From positions 111,669 to 175,668 of the forward strand of contig JBBSXO010000001.1 of the NCBI GenBank assembly GCA_038045705.1: a stretch of DNA of 64,000 bases. The letters are read 5' to 3'. This document shows positions 57,092 to 64,000 of the stretch, in pieces. This DNA is from Nanobdellota archaeon. GTDB lineage: Archaea; Nanobdellota; Nanobdellia; Pacearchaeales; GW2011-AR1. The position numbers and the translations under genes are program-made. The notes below the pieces were generated by a model. The model was given only the letters and a program-made list of their open reading frames with translations, was not told where the DNA came from and did not search any database. The stretch's first letter is position 1, and each line of letters opens with the position of its first letter.

Positions 57092-59143
57092 ACCTTAAGA
57101 GCCTCATAGTTAGGCCCGCCGTTTAGCGGGTCTTAGGCCCGTTGAACCGAGCTTTGAAACACCGCCACTGGGCAGATCTCACCGATTATACACATCTTTT
57201 CAGATTAGCAATCAGCTACGTTTTTGATAAACAGTCGGACAGTCCTTGTTACTGAGATCTACCATTGCCTCCTAATATCAAAGACAATTATAGACACCCC
57301 TTATACCGAAGCTAAAGGGCCAATATGCCGAGTTCCCTTACCCAACGTATCCCTTGCACGCCTTAGCCTACTCAGCCAGAGCATCAGTGTCGATTCTTGG
57401 TACGGCCCAGTGTTCTCACACGATATAGGTCTTTTCATGGACTCAAGGAATCTGCTGCTTTCCCTATTAAGTTTGACTGACTTCGTATCATAACGATCCA
57501 TCAGTTTAGCTCACTAAGCACTCTTCCGAGTACCAGCGTATCCCCAAGTTATCCTATATCAAAGAACACCGTGTTCCGGAATATTAACCGGATTTCCATT
57601 CGCCACCTCCAGCTAAGGGGTGACTTAGGTGCCGACTAACCCTTGGTTAATCGATAGTGCCAAGGAAACCTTGCTCTTACGGCGCTGTCCGTTCTCAGGA
57701 CAATCTGATCTTACTAGCACCAAGATCTGCATTCCATGTCGCTCCATATTTTCTCACAAAAATACTTCTACGCAACATAGACGCCTGCCTACCAGAACGC
57801 TCAACTGAGCGCCTCTGGAGTATCGGTAGTATGTTTAGCCCCGTCCATTTTCAGGGCCTCGAGCCTCGATGGGTGAGCTATTACGCTTTCTTTAAATGGT
57901 GGCTGCTTCTAAGCCTACATCCCCACTGTCTCAGGATCAAGACTCCTTTTGATACACTTAACATACATTTTGGGACCTTAACTCCAGTCTCCCTTGTTCG
58001 GGTCTCGGAACGGTACCTTACGCACCGGCCCCCATTCCCCTGTTACGCCGATGACATGTTTAGAGTTGGAAAGAGTCCCGTGATCTTTCGACCCTGCGGA
58101 CCATATCCGTACTTTACCCCGCCACCATAACTGCACGAGACTATACTGAGGCATATTTCGACAGGAACCAGCCATCGCCGAATTAGATAGGCTTTTCACC
58201 CCTACTCGTAACTCATTTGAGTACATGCACATAACACCAGTTCGGCCCTCCATCCTCCTTTCGGAGAACTTCGGCCTGGTCACGAGTAAATCATCCGGCT
58301 TCGGGTATCGTCCAAGTGACTCACGCCCTTTCAGACTCGCTTTCGCTTCGGCTCGCTTTCGCTAACCTTGCCACTTAGACGAACTCCTTGGCTCGTTTTT
58401 CAAAACGTACGTTACGACTCCTAAAAGCCGTAACCAGCTGTCGCTAGTCAATTTCAAGTCTTTTCACACCCGGTTAAGGGTACTTTTCAGCTTTCCCTCG
58501 CGGTACTAAGTTCTCTATCGGACTTGAATCTATATTTAGGGTTCGGTGTTAATCCACCGGTATTCAGACTCCTTATCCAAGGAGCCCTACTCTGTTGGAG
58601 CACGACATAACACTTTCACATACGGGGTTATCACCCTCTAAGACGCTTCGTTCCAGAAGACTTTTGTTCAGTGTCGCAGCCATGTATCTCCACCACATCT
58701 CTGCCTCCGTTTCCAGAGGAGATTCGGTTTGCCCTGATCTCTTTTCGTTCGCCACTAATAAGAGAATCGATAATTCTTTCTTTTCCTGCTGGTACTAAGA
58801 TGTTTCAATTCCCAGCGTTTTATTTGCCTCTCGGCATACACTAAAAGTGTCTGTTGTCATATTCGGAGATCTCCGGATCAAAAGTCGCATGCACTTCCCC
58901 AGAGCTTATCGCAGCTTGCCACGTCCTTCATAACAATTCAAGCCAAGCTATCCGTTAACTAGCATAGTAAAAATATCAATAAATTGATATTCGAAATTAT
59001 TTTTCAATCAGAATTTTAATTAGATACATTGTTGTATTGTCAAAGTGTTTGATATTATCTCTCACTTTGATCATCCAAAAGTTTTTTGTAAAAACTTTTG
59101 TATCTTCTAAACTCACAAATTTATTTTCCTATGGGAAAAAGAT

Positions 59144-59171
59144 TTGCTTGTTTTTCCTGCGTACGCGCGTC
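59144..59171. repeat. 23S pre-rRNA processing stem, 5' arm
   Basis: TTGCTTGTTTTTCCTGCGTACGCGCGTC. Confidence 0.85.
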
Positions 59172-59324
59172 ATTGAATATCAACTCTGCAAGATACGCAA
59201 CCATTGATCGCGCACCCACATGAGATGGTACGCTAAAGAAAAAACCTAATTGTCGTCGATAAAATCAGCAACAAGTAAGTGTAAATTTCGGTGGCGTAAC
59301 ATCTAGTGTCTCTCAGAGATAAAG

Positions 59325-59342
59325 TCTTTAAAAAGCTTTTGG
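59325..59342 (-). promoter_or_regulatory. Dedicated 23S rRNA promoter
   Basis: AAAGCTTTTTAAAGA, the same 15-mer as the S-layer promoter. Confidence 0.65.
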
Positions 59343-59385
59343 TTCTATAATAAAAATTAAAGTTTAGTTTATCGTCTCAATTATA

Positions 59386-59976
59386 TCAAAATTTATTTCT
59401 AAGAAGAGATGCTTCTACAATATATTTTCTATTATAATCTGATAAAAAAGCCAGATAACTAAAGAATGGTACTTTATTTTCAGTAGGACCTGTTGGAGGA
59501 ACTACATGCTTTGAAGCTGTAATAACTTCTCTAATTCTTTCCCAGCCATACCATTGTAAAAAGCTTTGATTACTTTGGGGAATAAAAGCAAAGCTAAGAT
59601 TATAGAACATATTGGTAGTAGGGTCAAAAATCTCCGCATCATTATAAATAATAGTCTCATTGTCTTGATTTGTGGAGTTGTAGGAAGTTAAATTAACTGA
59701 ATAAACTCTAATTGCATGAGCCCATGTACCATTACTAATAATAACAGTAACTTTCTTCCCATTTTCCATAGCATCTAAAATATCTTCAACTGTTGGTTCT
59801 CTAAGAGTATTAACAACTAAATATGGAGAGCCTGGTTTAGTTTCTCCTCCCATAACACGAATATGTTCAGTTATATGTTCCACAATAATCTTAGGCTTAG
59901 TTTGTGCATAAACTTCTGTAGAAAAAGCAAAAACAAAAAAAATTAAAACTCCTATAATAAAATATTTCTTCATCAT
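59386..59976 (-). CDS. Secreted protein resembling the His/Asp half of a C39-like papain-fold peptidase
   Basis: Signal peptide; ILDAMENGKKVTVII...HAIRVYSV...IFDP. Confidence 0.55.
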   Translation of the reverse strand: MMKKYFIIGVLIFFVFAFSTEVYAQTKPKIIVEHITEHIRVMGGETKPGSPYLVVNTLREPTVEDILDAMENGKKVTVIISNGTWAHAIRVYSVNLTSYNSTNQDNETIIYNDAEIFDPTTNMFYNLSFAFIPQSNQSFLQWYGWERIREVITASKHVVPPTGPTENKVPFFSYLAFLSDYNRKYIVEASLLRNKF

Positions 59977-60288
59977 TTAAAGAATCCTCACTAAAAAATT
60001 CAACATAGCATTCATAACTAACTCACTTCTAGGAGCACTATTATGATTTGTCCAACTAGGACCTATAGTCCTATTAAGCTCATCAAATATATTAGTGACA
60101 TTTATCCCAATTATAGTGTCATTTAAAGAAGCAAGCATGCTAGTAGTACAGGCCATAAAACAACCATAATCAAGGCATCCGACCTGTGTGGAAGAGACAG
60201 GAACAAAAGATTCATCACGAACAATCTGAGCAACAACAAAAGAACTAGTAAATATTAGGAAAACAAAAAAAAGAAAAATTCCTTTCAT
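59977..60288 (-). CDS. Secreted protein resembling the Cys half of a C39-like peptidase
   Basis: Signal peptide; Q......GCFMACTTSML. Confidence 0.5.
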   Translation of the reverse strand: MKGIFLFFVFLIFTSSFVVAQIVRDESFVPVSSTQVGCLDYGCFMACTTSMLASLNDTIIGINVTNIFDELNRTIGPSWTNHNSAPRSELVMNAMLNFLVRIL

Positions 60289-60756
60289 TTATTTTTGTCC
60301 TAACCTCTCAAACTTAATTTTACCCTCTTTGTCGTATGATGAAGTGTAGACCATGTTTCGATGTTCATCTTTTAATTCTCCAACATTACCTAAACCTCGA
60401 TCAGCTAAAACTATATAATCCATAGTTATAAGATTCTTTTTAGTAAACATTAGATTTACAGCAGGACCAACTCTACTTTTTTTATCATTCCCCATAAAAA
60501 CCCCGCTCAAATGTGAGTAAGCTCTCTGACCTTCCAGCGCCATTTCAACATCCGACAAAAACTTTGCATCAACAGGATCTGGCCTAACATAATCATTGGA
60601 AGACCGAGGACCGCTATTTGTAGAATATAAAATTTCTACTTTTTTACCACTAAATTGATTATCAGAAACCCCTTGATAACTAGAAGAAAGAGGGACAGCG
60701 GAAGATCCAAGAAGAAGAAGACTCAAAAGAGGACTAGTGCGAACTCTTGAAACCAT
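60289..60756 (-). CDS. Hypothetical secreted protein
   Basis: N-terminal hydrophobic stretch; abuts the next gene. Confidence 0.55.
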   Translation of the reverse strand: MVSRVRTSPLLSLLLLGSSAVPLSSSYQGVSDNQFSGKKVEILYSTNSGPRSSNDYVRPDPVDAKFLSDVEMALEGQRAYSHLSGVFMGNDKKSRVGPAVNLMFTKKNLITMDYIVLADRGLGNVGELKDEHRNMVYTSSYDKEGKIKFERLGQK

Positions 60757-60906
60757 TATGAGGATGAAAAACATAAGGTGTATATATATCTTTCTAAAGC
60801 AAAGAATTAAACCACCACAAGTCTAGTACTAGTAAAATTTAAAAGCCTTCAACTTTAAAATCATTTCTATGACTACAATAGACTGCAATTTAAAGAATAT
60901 AATAAT

Positions 60907-61179
60907 ATGAATACATTATATGCTTTAGTTCCAGGTTTTGATAAAAATGAAATATTAGCAATTGATATTAAGTATGATTCTAAACAATTTCCCAATCTTG
61001 CAGTTCTAAAAGATTTTTTAGAAAGTAATAATCTAAAGGTAAGAATGTGTAAAGGTGCTAGTAAGCGTTATGAACCAAGTCCATTAGATACATCTCTTGT
61101 ATTAGAGGATTTTTTACTTCAAGCAAGACTCTTAGAAGAGAAATCTAAGGAATTATTAAAAAGAGCAAGAACAAGGTAA
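60907..61179 (+). CDS. Hypothetical protein
   Basis: 90-aa ORF. Confidence 0.55.
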   Translation: MNTLYALVPGFDKNEILAIDIKYDSKQFPNLAVLKDFLESNNLKVRMCKGASKRYEPSPLDTSLVLEDFLLQARLLEEKSKELLKRARTR

Positions 61180-61252
61180 ATTTATTTTTTAGATAAACTT
61201 AAAAATCGTTAATTATCTTATCAAATATCTTTCTCATTAATGAGAACTAAAA

Positions 61253-61323
61253 GGGCCTGTAGTCTAGTGGTAAAACGCCCCGCTTGCACCGGGGGGTCGT
61301 GAGTTCGATTCTCACCAGGTCCA
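61253..61323 (+). tRNA. tRNA-Ala(UGC)
   Basis: GGGCCUG/CAGGUCC acceptor stem with G3:U70; anticodon arm CCCCG-CUUGCAC-CGGGG; GTTCGA T-loop. Confidence 0.96.
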
Positions 61324-61424
61324 TTTCACATTCCGCAGTGAATCTGCGAGCCAGTGAGCAGGGTTGAACAAGAGAATGTGAAATTAAGTAGCAAGAGAGT
61401 TGAAAATTAAATAAAAGGTATAAA

Positions 61425-61961
61425 ATGAATCTAATAATAGTACGCCACGCAGAATCATTAGCAAATTCTAAAAATATGAGTCAAGCGAATAGAGATGGAT
61501 GGTCAGATACTTCTCTAACTGAAAAAGGATTAATTCAAGCAAAGGCAGTAGCACAAAGATTAAAAGATGAAGATATAGAAATTATTTATTGTTCTACTTT
61601 AAAAAGAGCAAAAGAAACAGCTCAAGAAATAAATAAGTTTCATAATGTTGAAATTAAATATGATTCAAGACTTATAGATGATATTAATGATGAGCCTTTA
61701 GAGAAATTTATTTCAAGATGCAACGAGTCTTTTAAGGAAATTGAAAAGTTTGGCAAGAATGCAATCATAGTTGCGCACGGCTCAGTCTGCCTGACATTAT
61801 TAGCATTTACAACAGGTAGTAGAGATGAAGGTGAAAAAATTATTAATAAATATACTAACAAATATGATAATACTTGTGTTAGTTTTGTAGAAAATGTCAA
61901 TAATGAGTACAAGATAAAATTAATAGCGTGTAGAAAACATCTGGAAAATGGATATATGTAA
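61425..61961 (+). CDS. Histidine phosphatase family protein (PGM-like)
   Basis: IVRHAES, LTEKG..QA, STLKRAKETA, VAHG. Confidence 0.9.
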   Translation: MNLIIVRHAESLANSKNMSQANRDGWSDTSLTEKGLIQAKAVAQRLKDEDIEIIYCSTLKRAKETAQEINKFHNVEIKYDSRLIDDINDEPLEKFISRCNESFKEIEKFGKNAIIVAHGSVCLTLLAFTTGSRDEGEKIINKYTNKYDNTCVSFVENVNNEYKIKLIACRKHLENGYM

Positions 61962-61993
61962 ATCCCCGATAATCTCAAAGAGTTTAATGACAA

Positions 61994-62242
61994 ATGAAAT
62001 ACAATCTTAAACCTGTTGTGCAAAAAGTAGTAAATATCTTGCAAAAACAAGGATTCTTCATAGAAAGAATGCGTGGCGATCATATAATAGTAAATAAAAA
62101 TCCTTCTTTGAGAAGGCCAATAGTCTTAGTAAATGTCAAAAAACCTACAAATATAGTAAGGCAGAATTTGATTTCAGCTTGTCACGAAGCTGGATTAAAC
62201 AAAGAAATTATTGAGGAACTGAACGAGCTTTTAAGATATTAA
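61994..62242 (+). CDS. hicA: HicA-like toxin
   Basis: VVNILQKQGFFIERMRGDHIIV (GxH motif). Confidence 0.78.
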   Translation: MKYNLKPVVQKVVNILQKQGFFIERMRGDHIIVNKNPSLRRPIVLVNVKKPTNIVRQNLISACHEAGLNKEIIEELNELLRY

Positions 62243-62477
62243 TTGCTAACTTGCTAATCATTGGAGCATTATTCTCTTCTTCCTTTTCTATCTGAATTAG
62301 TCGTTCATACTCCGAAGGGGCAGACTCAAAATAGAGTTCAAGAGCCTCTTTTAAGCGCATTTTAGCCTCTTCTATTGTATCTCCTTGAGTCACAACATTA
62401 GGGATTTGCATAGAGCTGATGCTATATGTCTTATTTTCTCCCTTTCCTTCTGGATAAATTACTATATCTATATTCAT
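62208..62477 (-). CDS. hicB: HicB-like antitoxin (short, no DNA-binding domain)
   Basis: PNVVTQGDTIEEAKMRLKEALELYFE. Confidence 0.88.
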   Translation of the reverse strand: MNIDIVIYPEGKGENKTYSISSMQIPNVVTQGDTIEEAKMRLKEALELYFESAPSEYERLIQIEKEEENNAPMISKLAINILKARSVPQ

Positions 62478-62546
62478 ACAAACACACACTCACGCACACT
62501 TATATATTTTACTAATTCTCTTACACTCGTCAAATATCTCTAATAA

Positions 62547-62756
62547 TCAATGATACTTCGTCTTACTTTTATCAGCATGAACCACTTTATAGAACCCAAT
62601 TGCAGTCATTAAAATACCAATAACAAAGAAAAACCATAAATTATTATTTGAATTAAAAAAAGGATATCTATCCATTAAAATCCAAAGACTTCTGAAAACA
62701 AATACAGATCCAATAAGTAAAGTCAACTCCCAAAAAACATGTTTCCTTTTTTCCAT
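62547..62756 (-). CDS. Small two-TM hypothetical protein
   Basis: Two hydrophobic segments. Confidence 0.6.
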   Translation of the reverse strand: MEKRKHVFWELTLLIGSVFVFRSLWILMDRYPFFNSNNNLWFFFVIGILMTAIGFYKVVHADKSKTKYH

Positions 62757-62790
62757 AAACTAAACAATCAATGTTAGTTATTAAATTTAA

Positions 62791-63054
62791 TCAATCTACT
62801 TTATAAAATATTTCTTTATCTCTTTTAGAAAGTAAAGCTTCCATGGTACCAGGCAATTTTCCAAAGGCTTCATGAAAAGATCTTCCTTCTAGCAAAATTC
62901 CATCAATCATTCTAATCTTCAATCCATTATCTGCACCATCTGGATATCTAACCCATTCAGCCTTAAAGCCAGTTATCCCAATAAAATATCTCCCTTGAGG
63001 ATGTCTGACTAATCTACAAACATAGTCTGCACCTTGTTCAGTTTGTCGATCCAT
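62791..63054 (-). CDS. Hypothetical protein
   Basis: 87-aa ORF with own TATA. Confidence 0.6.
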   Translation of the reverse strand: MDRQTEQGADYVCRLVRHPQGRYFIGITGFKAEWVRYPDGADNGLKIRMIDGILLEGRSFHEAFGKLPGTMEALLSKRDKEIFYKVD

Positions 63055-63103
63055 AATAAAATATCTAAAAGATAATTTATAAAATTATCTGTAAAATTAA
63101 ATT

Positions 63104-63376
63104 CTATAAAAACGCACCAGAGTAAACATCATATAAACCTTCAAGATTATTGGCCCTAACCTCTCTAGGTAAAACTCCATTCTCTCTATGACATATAATC
63201 GCTGTATCTATACATTCATTAATCATTTTAGCTATCTTAAAAGGAGCAGTTGGACGTATATACCATCCCATACGAAAACTTGTACCTAAAACATCAAGTC
63301 CGCCATCTGGATCAGGAACCATTCTACAGGCATACAAATCAGTAGATGTTACTTTTCCAAATCGTTTATTTGACAT
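63104..63376 (-). CDS. Hypothetical protein
   Basis: 90-aa ORF with own TATA. Confidence 0.6.
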   Translation of the reverse strand: MSNKRFGKVTSTDLYACRMVPDPDGGLDVLGTSFRMGWYIRPTAPFKIAKMINECIDTAIICHRENGVLPREVRANNLEGLYDVYSGAFL

Positions 63377-63450
63377 AGGAATATAGATTCAGAAAGTTAG
63401 TTTATAAACTAATACAAAATCTAAAGTAAAAACACGTTAGTACGAGATAA

Positions 63451-63741
63451 TTACTGGTCTTTTCTGTCTTTTTCCTTTCTTATAGTAATATTAATTGAAT
63501 ACAAATCGCCTTTTTCATTTTGGTATTCTACGTGCATTGAACCCTTTGTACTATCTGTAAGCGAGACACTACCATAAGGATTAGCATAGGGCTTCACTAT
63601 AAGGAAAGCATTTCCTCCAGGATGTGGCTGTGAAGACATAGATTCGCGTATTGAATCTGATGCATTTGCTATCTCAACTAGCTTTGATGTTATCGCTTTT
63701 CTTAGAGCTACAAGGTCTTGTCCAGTTGCTTTCTTTACCAT
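63451..63741 (-). CDS. Hypothetical protein
   Basis: 96-aa ORF with own TATA (GTTTAAATA). Confidence 0.6.
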   Translation of the reverse strand: MVKKATGQDLVALRKAITSKLVEIANASDSIRESMSSQPHPGGNAFLIVKPYANPYGSVSLTDSTKGSMHVEYQNEKGDLYSINITIRKEKDRKDQ

Positions 63742-63946
63742 AAAAACTTGACAAAAGAAGAGTATTTAAACTTATCTATTGTTGTAATTATCAAGTAGTC
63801 AAATTAACAACAAGTATAGGACCATTTTTTATTTTGATGTTCTTTCAAATATTGCTTGATAAATCTACACAAAAAATAAAAACACGCCGTATGCAATCGG
63901 AAAACTAGTACTTGAATATAAACTTTATTTGTTTTTAATTAAAAAT

Positions 63947-64000
63947 TAGGAGGTGATCCATCCGCAGGTTCCCCTACGGATACCTTGTGACGACTTAACC
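63947..64000 (-). rRNA. rrs: 16S rRNA, 3' end only
   Basis: AAGUCGUCACAAGGUAUCCGUAGGGGAACCUGCGGAUGGAUCACCUCCU; anti-SD intact. Confidence 0.95.

Larger units (their letters stand above)
55175..58970 (-). rRNA. rrl: 23S rRNA with two group I introns (ends approximate)
   Basis: Universal LSU motifs: sarcin-ricin loop AGUACGAGAGGA, GGGAUAACAGGCU-like, CUAAGGUAGCG-like, GAACGUCGUGAGACAG after splicing. Confidence 0.97.

Noticed and set aside
55306..58798. Track ORFs overlapping 23S exons (e.g. 55870..56232, 57657..58130, 57978..58283)
   Set aside because: They are shadow frames of GC-richer rRNA sequence.
59974..60291. Stop-codon readthrough or alternative genetic code joining the in-frame ORFs
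   Set aside because: The stops are TAA, each downstream ORF begins with its own signal peptide, and conserved genes terminate normally under code 11.
1..64000. CRISPR array or cas genes
   Set aside because: No regularly spaced repeats or Cas motifs were seen.

Overview
This is an AT-rich chromosomal window from a DPANN archaeon, most consistent with Ca. Pacearchaeota. The taxonomic call is an inference from a pacearchaeosortase-like gene, a fused PriS-PriL primase, a form III-type RuBisCO, and archaeal PCNA, Hjc, Cbf5, TrmY, S19e, L39e and L31e. Positions 1-33 kb are dominated by cell-surface genes: a sortase with its probable substrate, the major S-layer gene with a long structured leader, and six class III signal-peptide (pilin-like) genes arranged around three Cys-rich paralogues. 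The best candidate for an undescribed system lies here: a 1.2-kaa disulfide-rich protein with a central Gly/Ala-rich membrane-inserting-like segment, present both fused and split into two genes exactly before that segment. Positions 33-55 kb carry housekeeping genes and several oddities: a stand-alone bacterial DnaA domain IV protein, a VapBC pair bracketed by direct repeats, an uncalled short histone, an uncalled 25-aa poly-acidic peptide, a beta-barrel-like lipoprotein, and a free-standing LAGLIDADG gene between the RNase P RNA and tRNA-Phe genes. Positions 55-64 kb hold a 23S rRNA gene with two group I introns. L2593 apparently ends in A rather than G, and L1931 has a non-endonuclease ORF filling loop L6. 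The 23S gene is separated from the 16S 3' end by about 5 kb containing an inverted tRNA-Ala, a convergent HicA/HicB pair and an apparently split papain-fold peptidase. All calls come from reading motifs by eye; no database searches were run.
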